Positions 17,293 to 27,474 of a DNA stretch of 64,000 bases are shown here, piece by piece. The stretch spans positions 3,587 to 67,586 of the forward strand of contig LBVN01000007.1 in the NCBI GenBank assembly GCA_000993115.1. Reading direction: 5' to 3'. Positions within the stretch are counted from its first letter, which is position 1; each line of letters opens with the position of its first letter. The position numbers were made by a program, and so were the translations under genes. The notes under the pieces were generated by a model. The model was not told the origin of the DNA. It saw only the letters and a program-made list of their open reading frames with translations, and searched no databases. Source of the DNA: Candidatus Woesebacteria bacterium GW2011_GWB1_38_8b. GTDB taxonomy: Bacteria > Patescibacteriota > Microgenomatia > UBA8517.

Positions 17293-18767
17293 CCCAATTT
17301 TCCAGTGTGTGAAGTTACATTATTTCTATCAAGCTTGTCGCCAATTTCAGTATATTTATCTAAAGTATCCTGAATTATATTTTTAATATTAATTACTTCT
17401 TCATCTGATGAAGCTTCAACACGAACTGTCAGGTATGGTGAAGTGTTTGATGCTCTGCATAACGCCCAGCTTGTCGGAGAAAATACTACTCTTGCACCAT
17501 CGATATCAATTACCTTGTTGGTTTTAGAAAAACTATCTTTTATTTCTTCAACTACTTTTTGTTTTATATCGTCTGCACAAGGAAGCTTTATTTCAGGTGT
17601 CATAGAAGTTATTGGAAATTCAGACATAAGCTCAGATAACTTTTTATTTTGATTTGAAATTAAAGTTAAAACTTTGGCTGCTGAATAGACACCATCGTCA
17701 ATTTTAAAGTAGTCTTCAGCCCAATAAAAGTGACCTGATATTTCGCCCGCAAAAATTACCTCAGCATCTTTTCTCATAGTAGCCTTAATCGGTGCATGAC
17801 CGGTAACATGCATGTAGGGTATTCCACCATATTTCGGAATTAAATCCTCAAGAAGTCTTGTGCATTTGACATCATACAAAATCTTTTTACCGGGATTTCT
17901 GGAAAGGATGTCTTTAGACAAAAGAAGTAGCATCCGATCCGCATAAACAAACTCACCTTTTTCATCTACACATCCAAATCTGTCACCGTCCGCGTCTAGT
18001 CCAATCCCGATGTCTGCCTTTTCTTCAATTACTTTTTTCGACAATTCTTTCATCGCGTCAACATCTTCCGGATCAGGAACATGATTTGGAAATGTTGCGT
18101 CTACTTCAGAATACATTTCGACGACTTCACAACCCAACTTCCGAAGAATACTGGGAGCGAACATTCCTGCACTACCATTACCGCAATCAAGTACTATTTT
18201 CAATTTACGGTTTAGTTTATTGTGTGTTAATAAATAATTTGTATATTCATCTATAACGCTCTTGTTGTTTAATTTTCCAGGCGAATCAATCGTATACTCG
18301 TCGCGACTGATAATATTTTTCATATCTTGAATTTCAGTACCAAATATTGGAAATACATTTTTAGCCATAATCTTAAAACCGTTGAAGAAATATACGTTAT
18401 GACTTCCGGTTACGTTTACTCCGCCATCGTAATCAAAAAAGGCAGTTGAAAAATAAATTATTGGTGTTAATGAAACTCCGGCATCATCAACGTCACACCC
18501 TGTAGTTAAAATACCATTTATAAAATATTCCTTAAGTTCCTTTCCAAACTGTCTCTCTTCGTGTCCAATAATTATCTTTTTACCACCCTTTTGCCTTATT
18601 TTGGTGCCGTATGCTTTACCAAGAGCGGTTGCAATTTCTGGAGTGATTGTGATTCCGGGAAATTTTCCGTACCACTTCTCATATTCTTTTAAGGCTTTGT
18701 CAGAAAACTTTTCTCCCGCGATGCCTCTTATATCGTACTCTCTGAAAATTGAAGGGCTAACATTCAT
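17283..18767 (-). CDS. phosphomannomutase/phosphoglucomutase (alpha-D-phosphohexomutase)
   Basis: Active-site loop VTGSHN, metal loop GLDADGDR, 494 aa. Confidence 0.8.
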   Translation of the reverse strand: MNVSPSIFREYDIRGIAGEKFSDKALKEYEKWYGKFPGITITPEIATALGKAYGTKIRQKGGKKIIIGHEERQFGKELKEYFINGILTTGCDVDDAGVSLTPIIYFSTAFFDYDGGVNVTGSHNVYFFNGFKIMAKNVFPIFGTEIQDMKNIISRDEYTIDSPGKLNNKSVIDEYTNYLLTHNKLNRKLKIVLDCGNGSAGMFAPSILRKLGCEVVEMYSEVDATFPNHVPDPEDVDAMKELSKKVIEEKADIGIGLDADGDRFGCVDEKGEFVYADRMLLLLSKDILSRNPGKKILYDVKCTRLLEDLIPKYGGIPYMHVTGHAPIKATMRKDAEVIFAGEISGHFYWAEDYFKIDDGVYSAAKVLTLISNQNKKLSELMSEFPITSMTPEIKLPCADDIKQKVVEEIKDSFSKTNKVIDIDGARVVFSPTSWALCRASNTSPYLTVRVEASSDEEVINIKNIIQDTLDKYTEIGDKLDRNNVTSHTGKLGWV

Positions 18768-18778
18768 ACTTCGAAATT

Positions 18779-19394
18779 CATTCTAACTGTGTGGCGATAA
18801 AGAAATCAAGAAGGGATCTTAAATCGCCCTTGCCGGTTTTTGCTTCAACATCAAGCTCTGATAATTTTTCTACCATAGCTTTAATATCATTTTCAGAGAA
18901 ACCTTCAGCTTGTGATTGTAGTCGCGAATAAATCGCTGAGATAGTAAATGAAAAACAAGTTCAACAGGTTCAACTTTTACAACCTCGTTTAAAAGATCCA
19001 TGGCATTTTTCGCATTTTTAGATTTTAGCGAATCCAAAAACTTCCATATTATTTTCGGTAAAGTGTAACTCTCAATTTTTAAGTCTTTTCCAAAATATTT
19101 TATTTTTGAAGCAGGAACTGCATTCTCGGTAATTACACATAGAACTAAATTATCATGGGTCAAGTTTTTATTTATAGAATCAAGATCTTTATTGGATAAA
19201 AGTGATAATTTTTCGATAAGTATAAACTTCTTGTTGAGAAAAAGATCATCAGCTCGGAGTTCGTTATCGATTTTTGTTGGTGAGTCTGATATTTTTGAAA
19301 TAATGTAGGATTTTTCCTTCGCGCTGTCGATAAGCTTTTTAATTCTTAAACTGACTTTTTCCGAATCATCGCCAGTTATTAAAATTACTTTCAT
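18779..19394 (-). CDS. holA: DNA polymerase III delta subunit-like protein (short), interrupted by a frameshift
   Basis: The N-terminal ORF 18870-19394 looks delta-like. A second frame, open over 18779-18960, encodes ...SRLQSQAEGFSENDIKAMVEKLSELDVEAKTGKGDLRSLLDFFIATQLE, a typical delta C-terminus. A single indel around 18925-18945 would join them into about 204 aa. Confidence 0.5.
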
Positions 19395-19787
19395 TTAACT
19401 CAATTTTGAAAATATGCTTGTAACTTTATCATGAAAATTTCTTTTTCCGCGTTTTTTAATATGCGGGATTAGGCTTCCTGAAAAATTTTTAGGAATATGG
19501 CTTAATTCGTGTGATAAGATTTCCTTTTTGTGACTAATATCTAAATTATCAAATCTTTCGGAAATTACTTCAATTATATATGACGGCTTAATTTTGAGTG
19601 CCTGCTGCCAAACACGACCCAATCCCCAAATCCGAGCATAAGCTCTCGCTTTTGAATTATATGATCGGAAATAATAAATATCGGCTTTAATTACCCAAGA
19701 AACTTTAGCTTCGACAATTATATTTTCGGTTAATTTTTTGATATCAGAAGCATTTTCCCAAACAACAGGTTTATTTTTTTTACGCAT
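19395..19787 (-). CDS. putative zinc metallopeptidase (HExxH)
   Basis: 130 aa with HELSH near the C-terminus. The family assignment is only approximate. Confidence 0.45.
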   Translation of the reverse strand: MRKKNKPVVWENASDIKKLTENIIVEAKVSWVIKADIYYFRSYNSKARAYARIWGLGRVWQQALKIKPSYIIEVISERFDNLDISHKKEILSHELSHIPKNFSGSLIPHIKKRGKRNFHDKVTSIFSKLS

Positions 19788-19839
19788 AATAAAGGCTATT
19801 TAATGAAGTATCAGTATACAATATAATTTTTAAAGTATA

Positions 19840-20094
19840 TTAACTTACTTTAAAAACCTCTGCACCTTCTTTTACAGGCTCATCAACCTTAAGTCCGACA
19901 ATGTCTCCTTTTTTTGCAGATTCTATTTTCTGATGTTCAACTTGGATGGAATCTACATTTTGCTCAAATAAAGTTTCACCGCCTCTTTCAAATTTGATTT
20001 TTTCTCCGACCGAAAGATCCCCAGTGAGTTCGATTATTGCAACACCAATTTTGTCAAAATAGTGGGTAACATTTCCAACCTTAAAATTTGCCAT
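19840..20094 (-). CDS. small EF-Tu domain-2-like beta-barrel protein
   Basis: 84 aa. VGNVTHYFDKIGVAIIEL...GEKIKF...KGDIVGLKV resembles the translation-factor domain II fold family. Confidence 0.5.
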   Translation of the reverse strand: MANFKVGNVTHYFDKIGVAIIELTGDLSVGEKIKFERGGETLFEQNVDSIQVEHQKIESAKKGDIVGLKVDEPVKEGAEVFKVS

Positions 20095-20129
20095 CGATTA
20101 TCACCCCCTTACAATAAAATATTACGCTC

Positions 20130-20636
20130 TTATTTTATCACGATACCGGCAGATTGTATCGCATGCGTCATTGCAATAGCCAAGGCATCGGCAGCGTTAT
20201 CAAAATGAGTTTTTTTATGTTTTTCACTTTTAATTTTATTACCTAAAAGCCTTCTGACAGCTTTTTGAACTTCTTTTTTATTTGCCCTTCCGCTTCCCGT
20301 AATTACTTTCTTTATCGTACCTGGTGCATATTCAACAACTTTTATTTTCATGGTTGATGCTGCAAGTAACATTACTCCTTGTGCCTGACCAACCGCTATT
20401 GCGGTTTTAGCATTAGTTGCAAAAAATATTTTTTCGATTACAAAAAGATCAGGTGAATATTTTTTAATAATCGTCAAAGTCTCTTCATAAATTACCTGAA
20501 GCCGGTTTTCCTTAAATCCATTTTTATCAGTCTCTATTAACCCCCATTTAATTACACTTGAGTCTCCATTATCGTTAATTTCAAGAAGTCCGTAACCCGT
20601 AGTTGCAGTTCCGGGGTCAATTCCGAGGATGATCAT
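20130..20636 (-). CDS. ruvC: crossover junction endodeoxyribonuclease RuvC
   Basis: MIILGIDPGTATTGYGL at the N-terminus, 168 aa, and a DAADALAIA motif. Confidence 0.85.
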   Translation of the reverse strand: MIILGIDPGTATTGYGLLEINDNGDSSVIKWGLIETDKNGFKENRLQVIYEETLTIIKKYSPDLFVIEKIFFATNAKTAIAVGQAQGVMLLAASTMKIKVVEYAPGTIKKVITGSGRANKKEVQKAVRRLLGNKIKSEKHKKTHFDNAADALAIAMTHAIQSAGIVIK

Positions 20637-20662
20637 GAAAAGAGTATAACACCAATTTGCTC

Positions 20663-21355
20663 TTAGTAACTTACGAAGTAATTTATTTTATATTGAGCCT
20701 TCAGGTCAGTTAGATATTTTTCAATTTCTGTCTGAAATATTTGAGATTTTAACTGGGACTCTATTTGGGCTTTTAAATCTTCGTATTTTGCAGTTTTATC
20801 AAAAGTATCTTTGTTTTCGTCATAATACTTTCTGACATCATCCTCCGTAACTGCTGTCTTATCAGCCAAAAGAAGTTCCGCCGACTTTTGGAGTTTGATA
20901 TTTGCCTTCAAGTCATTCATAGTCTGACCTTGTGTGGTAAGTGCCGCTTCCAAGGTTGTACCTTGTGCCTCTAACCCCTTTTTAATTTCGTCAATCTGTT
21001 TTTGAACATCTTCATCAGAAACTGTAATGTTTTTCTTCTTAACCTCCTGATTTATAAGCTCTTTTGTAACTATATTTTCCAACACTCTTTTACCGGATTC
21101 CTTTTCCAACTCTCTTATAATTTGAAATCTTGTAATTGGAAAGCCACCTACTGTCGCTACCACAAAAAGACCTCTTGCAAGATAAATTCCTCCTGCTAAA
21201 ACCAACAAAAGAAGTATAACAAGGTATTTTCTACTTAATTTTAATTTTGAAGTTTTCAAATTAGTACTCTTTACTTCATCAAAACCCACCGGTTTGACCA
21301 GAATTTTTGATGCAGTTTTTTTAACCACGCTCTTTTTAGATTTAGTTGTTGCCAT
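20663..21355 (-). CDS. SurA N-terminal-domain / PpiC-like chaperone, membrane anchored
   Basis: An N-terminal TM segment is followed by a coiled, lysine- and glutamate-rich chaperone-like domain. No clear PPIase core was seen. Confidence 0.45.
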   Translation of the reverse strand: MATTKSKKSVVKKTASKILVKPVGFDEVKSTNLKTSKLKLSRKYLVILLLLVLAGGIYLARGLFVVATVGGFPITRFQIIRELEKESGKRVLENIVTKELINQEVKKKNITVSDEDVQKQIDEIKKGLEAQGTTLEAALTTQGQTMNDLKANIKLQKSAELLLADKTAVTEDDVRKYYDENKDTFDKTAKYEDLKAQIESQLKSQIFQTEIEKYLTDLKAQYKINYFVSY

Positions 21356-21555
21356 TAAAATAAGGTTTTGAAGATTATATATAACAAGATAGTCAAAAGT
21401 AAAGAGGAACTTATTGGGAAGTAAATATGAAGACCTTGTTTTTCAATATAAATATCACCGGGTAAGATTATTTCAAATTTCCCTTTAATCCTAATTGCAT
21501 AAATAAAAGCCGTCGAAATTATATAGCAAAGTAGAAAAAGTTTAAAAGGACTCAT
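21355..21555 (-). CDS. DUF2905-like small membrane protein
   Basis: 66 aa with two TM segments and a PGD-I...YFPI motif. Confidence 0.45.
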   Translation of the reverse strand: MSPFKLFLLCYIISTAFIYAIRIKGKFEIILPGDIYIEKQGLHIYFPISSSLLLTILLYIIFKTLF

Positions 21556-21644
21556 GTCTATAATATTTCAAAACTTGTAAAAAATGTAAAGACGCAAAAA
21601 ATTAACTGTTGAAATGTTTATTAATTTAGGGCAATAATAGATGT

Positions 21645-22469
21645 ATGGAGGAACAGGAAGATATTCCAAATATTCCGGTGAACCCGGAGACGGTTGTTGA
21701 AAAAAAAGTTGAGACTCAGTCTGACTTGGGTCAGGTAATGCAAAATAACACCCCCGGTCCTCAATCTGTTATCTCATACAAGAAAAAGAAAGGTTTTATT
21801 GACTATTTTATTTATTTTGTTTCGATAGTTGCTTTTTTGGTTTGGGTAGCTGTAATAGCTCTATATTTTCTAAATAAAAACAAAAAAGAAGCAATTACTA
21901 ATGTAGACACTTCAGAAGTTACACCAGTCGTAACTTTAGTACCAGAAAAAAAATATAATATTACGACAAAAAACGGAAATGTTATTAATATCAATGAAAA
22001 AGGTGAAGAGGAAATTGTAGTAAAAAAAGAAGATTATGAATTTACAGGAATTTCAGGTTTTATAAAAGTATCAGTTGCCCCGAATAAGAAAAAGTTATGC
22101 TTCGAATCTTGGCCACCATCTCCACAACCAGCTCTTTATGTTTCGGATATAGAAGGTACTGGAGTATTAAAAGTAAATACAAACAGAAGAAATTGTTATT
22201 GGTCCGGTGACAGTTTAAAGCTGGTTTATAACGATGTTAAAAGTGAAAAAGAAGCCACTAATCTTTATGTTTATGATGTCGAAGCCGCCTCGGAGACTTT
22301 GCTTACTGTACATACTGCAACCGAATCAGCTAAGCCTAAGCTACACACCGCATTGGGTTGGAGCTCTGATAATAAAAAGGTGTTATGTCAATACTCTTAC
22401 CAAAAAACCCCTAAAGACGTAAGGGAATGTGAGGTTGACGTTGAATCAAAGTTTGTAAACTACTTTTAA
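21645..22469 (+). CDS. hypothetical membrane-anchored protein
   Basis: 274-aa ORF with a single TM segment (FIYFVSIVAFLVWVAVIALYF). I did not recognise a family. Confidence 0.5.
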   Translation: MEEQEDIPNIPVNPETVVEKKVETQSDLGQVMQNNTPGPQSVISYKKKKGFIDYFIYFVSIVAFLVWVAVIALYFLNKNKKEAITNVDTSEVTPVVTLVPEKKYNITTKNGNVININEKGEEEIVVKKEDYEFTGISGFIKVSVAPNKKKLCFESWPPSPQPALYVSDIEGTGVLKVNTNRRNCYWSGDSLKLVYNDVKSEKEATNLYVYDVEAASETLLTVHTATESAKPKLHTALGWSSDNKKVLCQYSYQKTPKDVRECEVDVESKFVNYF

Positions 22470-22481
22470 AATATTTTCTTC

Positions 22482-23246
22482 ATGGTGAAATTTAAAATAA
22501 TATTTGTAATTTCACTTTTATTTTTATCTCTAAGCATAGGCTATTATTTATTTAATAATATTTCAACTAAAAATGTTAATATCGATCCATCGGCCTCTAA
22601 TACTCCAACTTTAAAAAACCCTTACGAAAATATATTCAATGGGTACGAGATTGATTGGATTGAGATAAGAAATTTAGAAAGTATAAATTTAAACTCTAAT
22701 TTGATTAAAAAACTTTCATCCGACGAAATTTATGAAAATAAAAAATGTAAATATTTAATCAGTGCCGGCTTTTATAACAAAAATGATGAACACATAGGTC
22801 TTTTTGTTGAACAGGGGAAATTAATCAGTGATTACATAAAAGACGATTTTTTTAATGGGTTTTTTTATTTAAAAGAAAATAAAGCGTATATTTCTTTAAA
22901 TAACCCAAAGAACCCAACCATCGCTTTACAATCAGGTCCGGTTTTAATGTTAAATAACAGATATTTAATTAATAATTTTGTTAACGAGGAATTTGCAAGA
23001 AGAATTTTAGTTGGATTATCAAATTCGGGAAGTGTTATTTTTATAACAATATTTGCAGAGAATAAAATAAACGGTCCAAAACTTTCTGAGATTCAAGGTT
23101 TGTTTGAAAAGTTGGAAGAAAAAACACAAATAAATATAGTTGATTTGATCAATCTTGATGGAGGTAGTCACTCTGCTTTTTTTTCTGATACTAATAAAAT
23201 AAGAGAACTTTCAACAATCGGAGGCTATTTTTGTATTTCCCGATAG
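22482..23246 (+). CDS. phosphodiester glycosidase family protein (DUF2233/NAGPA-like)
   Basis: Signal anchor, with ISAGFYN, LQSGPVL and NLDGGSHSAF motifs. Confidence 0.55.
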   Translation: MVKFKIIFVISLLFLSLSIGYYLFNNISTKNVNIDPSASNTPTLKNPYENIFNGYEIDWIEIRNLESINLNSNLIKKLSSDEIYENKKCKYLISAGFYNKNDEHIGLFVEQGKLISDYIKDDFFNGFFYLKENKAYISLNNPKNPTIALQSGPVLMLNNRYLINNFVNEEFARRILVGLSNSGSVIFITIFAENKINGPKLSEIQGLFEKLEEKTQINIVDLINLDGGSHSAFFSDTNKIRELSTIGGYFCISR

Positions 23247-23247
23247 G

Positions 23248-23613
23248 TTAAGATAACCCCACATTTTTTATATGATTCAAGGAAATATTACCCTGGTTCC
23301 CGGAAATTGCAATTACATCAATTCTAATTTTATTTTTACCTTCATTTAAACCGTGACTATATAAATAATAATCAATCGTTTTTATAATTCTTTTTAATTT
23401 CGTTTTTGTAATAGCTTCCTCCGGAGTACCAAATTTACTATTGATTCTTTTCTTAACTTCTATAAACACCAATGAGTTACCGTCTTTTGCAATGATATCG
23501 ATTTCTCCGAATTTACCTCTAAAATTTTTATCTATTATTTTATAGCCAAGACTACTGATAAATTTAGCAGCAATCAACTCACCTAGATCTCCACTAGCTT
23601 TAGAGGTAACCAT
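23248..23613 (-). CDS. yraN: YraN family (UPF0102) endonuclease-like protein
   Basis: GELIAAKFISSLGYKIIDKNFRGKFGEIDIIAKDGNSLVFIEVKKR. Confidence 0.75.
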   Translation of the reverse strand: MVTSKASGDLGELIAAKFISSLGYKIIDKNFRGKFGEIDIIAKDGNSLVFIEVKKRINSKFGTPEEAITKTKLKRIIKTIDYYLYSHGLNEGKNKIRIDVIAISGNQGNISLNHIKNVGLS

Positions 23614-23639
23614 TCTTTAAATTATATAACTTTCAAAAC

Positions 23640-23984
23640 TTAGGAGCGTTTGGTGTTTCTTGAATTTATTTTATCTATCTCGCGTCTGGATTTGTCGCGA
23701 ACATAATATATTTTTGCGTGTTTCACTCCTTTGACATTACTTTTTACAACAACAATATTTGAAATTGTCGGAGTATTTAGTGGAAAAACTTTCTCAATTC
23801 CAACATTTTGTTCACCAATTTTTCTGACTGTAAAAGTTTTTACGGTAGGACTACCTTTTATGGCTATTACCATACCTTCAAAAATTTGGTTTCTGGTTTT
23901 TTCATGCTCCTTTATTGTCTGAAACACTTTAATTTTATCCCCGACTCCAAAGGTAATATCTTTATAAGTTAATGTAAGTGACAT
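23640..23984 (-). CDS. rplS: 50S ribosomal protein L19
   Basis: FGVGDKIKV...RNQIFEGMVIAIKG...FTVRKI...GIEKVFPLNTP. Confidence 0.9.
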   Translation of the reverse strand: MSLTLTYKDITFGVGDKIKVFQTIKEHEKTRNQIFEGMVIAIKGSPTVKTFTVRKIGEQNVGIEKVFPLNTPTISNIVVVKSNVKGVKHAKIYYVRDKSRREIDKINSRNTKRS

Positions 23985-24031
23985 ACTAAGTGGCTATTTT
24001 ACACTAAAGTAGAACCAATATTCAACGACAA

Positions 24032-27000
24032 TTAATTTGCGAGGTTTTCTAATATTTGCTCGATAGAATGGGCCATCTGGGTGTCCCAATTAATTTTTAC
24101 GTTTAAATCGAGCTGTTTATTTATTTCTCCTTCAAAAACAAGGCAGACTTTATGATCACCCGGATTTTTTAATATCAATTCTTTAAGGCTGGATAATTTT
24201 TCCGTCCCAGTCCCTTTAGGGATTCTTATAAATAATTTATTATCTTCAGTAATTATTTCCTTTTCGTTTTTAATTGACTCAACTATAAGTGAAGGCTCTT
24301 CGTCACGAAAATCAATTTTTCCTGATAATAAATAAGGATTGCTGTCCGTAAGAATTTCTTTTGTTCCGCTAAAAATACTTGGGAAAATAACTACATTAAT
24401 TGTTCCTGTTTCATCCTGAAATTTTGCAAAAGCCATTTCTTGTCCGCTTTTTTTTGTAATAATTACCCTCAAATCATTAATTATACCGGCGATGTTTACT
24501 TCCATTCCTTCTGATCCTGTTATGTGATTATCAAATATATCGCTTATTTTAAAGTTGGATAATTTATTAATGTTTTTCAGGATTTCACCGTTTGGATTTC
24601 TTCGTCGGTAAACTCGTCGATATCCTGACCCATCAAATTGTCAAACTTTAAAGAAGTTGAGTTTAAATCTGAAAGTGAAAACAGTTCATTTTGGTTTTCA
24701 TTTTTGAGAGCTTTACCTGAATATTTTTTATACTCCTCAACCACTTTCAGAAGTTGTGATCTTTTACCAAAGTCCGATAAAGCACCTACTTTGATTAAAC
24801 TTTCCAAAACCTTTTTGTTTACCCTTCTTCCATCTACTCTTTCCAAGAAGTCCAGGAAATTCTTAAATTTCTCTTTATTTCGTTCAGTTAATATAGCATC
24901 TATTGCAGCATTCCCTACGTTTTTAATAGCGCTTAAACCAAAGCGAATCCCTTTTTTATGACTTGAATCAACAGTTTCTTCAATATCAAACCCAACAGAA
25001 CTTTTATTAATATCGGGTGATAAAACTTTTACGTCCATTCTTCGGCATTCATTTATGGCTTCGGTAATTTTATCAGTGTCATTGCTTTCTGCAGTCAAAA
25101 GCGCACACATGTACTCAACAGGATAGTTCGCCTTCATATAGGCGGTTTGGTACGCGACTAACCCGTAACTTGCAGCATGTGCTTTATTAAAGCCGTAAGA
25201 TTGAAAAGGTTCAAATAATTTCCATAGATCTTCTGCAAATTTCCCGGTTTGTCCATTGTCAACTATACCTTTTATGAATTTTTCTTTCTGCGCCGCCATT
25301 TCTTCGGGAATTTTTTTACCTACCGCTTTTCTGAATTTGTCAGCTTCTTCCCAGGAATAACCTGCCAAATCAAGTGCACAGAACAATAGATCGTCCTGAT
25401 AAACTAAAAGACCGTACGAAGCTCCTAAGAATTTTTCCATTCTCTTGTCTAAAAATTTTACGAGAGTTGGATCGTGCTTTCTTTTGATGTACTCAGGGAT
25501 TTGTTGAATAGGCCCGGGGCGATAAAGCGCTACCATTGCCATTAAATCTTCAATTCGGGTTGGTTTTAACTCTTTTAAAAATTTTGTCATGCCTGAGCCT
25601 CCCAATTGAAAAGTGCCCATTGTTTCTCCTCGAGCTAGCATCTCATATGTTTTTTTATCGTCAAGGGGAATGTCATTAATTTTTATTTTTGTCCCGTACC
25701 TTTCTTCAACAATTTTTATGGCAGCCCCCAAAATAGATAAATTCCGGATTCCTAAAATATCAAATTTAATTAGTCCAACATCTTCACAGGTATGGAATTC
25801 ATATTGAGTAATAATTTTGTCGCCTGATGGCTCAAGCTGTACTGGAGAATAATCGGTAATTTCAGTGGGTGCAACCACAACTCCTGCTGCGTGTACCGAG
25901 AGATGTCTTGCCGATCCTTCAAGCTGTATAGCTAAGTCTAAAATCTTTTTAACATCAGCATCACTTTTATACATATCGTTTAGTTCGCTAACTTCTTCCA
26001 GAGCTTTCGGAACTGTAATAGGGAAACCCTGTTTTGGCGGAGGGATGAGTTTTGCTACCTTGTCTCCTGTTGCATATGGATATCCTAAAACACGTGCCAC
26101 ATCACGTACAGCCGCTCGGGATAGCATCCTTCCGAATGTACAAATTTGTGCGACCTTGTCATGGCCGTATTTATCGGAAATATATTTTATGATTTCTTCT
26201 CGTCTGTCGTCGGCCACGTCGAAGTCAATATCCGGAGGAGAGGGTCTGTAAGGATTTAAAAAACGCTCAAACGGTAAATAATACAAAAGTGGATTTATTG
26301 TGGTTATTCCTAAAACAAAAGAGACGAGTGAGCCTGCCGCAGAACCCCTTGTATTTGTAATAATCCCCTGTTCGTTGCTCCACCTTGCGAGATCCATAAC
26401 AATTAAAAAATATGGCGAGTAACCCTTTTGGCAAATTATATCTAGTTCGTAATTTAATCTTTCTTCTTCTTCTTTGCCTGATTTAGGAATTATAATTTTT
26501 AAGTTTTCGTGTGAAAGTCTTCTTAATTCCTCATCGGGTGTTTTCCCTTTGGGCAAACTGAATTTAGGAAAAAACCATTTGCCTAAAGTAATTTCCAGTT
26601 CGCACTTTTGGGCTATCTTTACGCTGTTTTCTATTGCATCCGGGATATCAGAAAATATTTTCTGCATTTCATCGGGTGTTTTTAAATAAAAGTCCGGATT
26701 ATCTATATATCGTAAGCGCTTTATGTCGCCTACGTTTTTCCCTGTTGCAATGCAAACCAAAGCATCCTGAGCAGGAGCGTCTTCCTTTTTAATATAATGA
26801 GCATCGTTTGTTGCTACTAATGGAATACCGAATTCACGGCTTAATTTAATCACTCCATCTTCATACTTTTTACAATTATCAGCAACTCTCTCGAGATCAG
26901 ATTTTAATTCAGGAATTTTTATATCTGGTAATATACTCTCGTAATTATGCCGTTGTATTTCCATATAAAAATCGTCTTTAAAAACATCTAAATAAAACTC

Positions 27001-27465
27001 TGCCAACTTTGATGCTTCCAGGTAGTTTTCATTTATAAGGCTTTGCGGTATTTGAGCGGCTGGACATCCTGAAAGACAAATTAAGCCTTCACTGTATTTT
27101 TTAAGGATTTCGTTGGTAAAGCGAGGTCTGTAATAAAATCCTTCAATATGTGCAATCGATGTAAGTTTCATCAGGTTTTTATATCCGGCTATATTTTTTG
27201 CTAAGAGAGTGAGGTGATAGTTGTCTTTAACCTTTTCGGTAAGAGACGTTGTTACATATCCTTCAAGTCCAATAATTGGCTTTATTCCTTGTTTAATCCC
27301 TTCTTTGTAGAACTCTATTGCACCATACAACTCTCCATGGTCAGTGATTGCAACGGCATCCATATTGTTTTCACCAATATGCTTAAAAAGCTTTTTTATA
27401 TTGCTTAAGCCGTCAAGAAGAGAATACTCAGTATGAACGTGAAGATGTACAAATTTTGCGGACAT
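24032..27465 (-). CDS. dnaE: DNA polymerase III alpha subunit, split into two ORFs by a frameshift near 24577-24613
   Basis: 24577-27465 encodes the PHP, palm/fingers and HhH regions (FVHLHVHTEYSLLDG...). The OB-fold and C-terminal tail (MEVNIAGIINDLRVIITKKSGQEMAFAKFQDETGTINVVIFP) are in another frame that is open from 24613 downward. The fused length would be about 1143 aa, normal for DnaE. Confidence 0.8.
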
Positions 27466-27474
27466 AGGAAAAAA

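Noticed and set aside
8267-24579. UGA recoding (genetic code 4 or 25) as the explanation for the split uvrB and dnaE ORFs, which end in TGA.
   Set aside because: Reading through the TGA at 8267 or at 24577 stays in the wrong frame and meets further stops within a few codons. The missing domains are in shifted frames. Many intact genes end in TGA immediately before the next gene.
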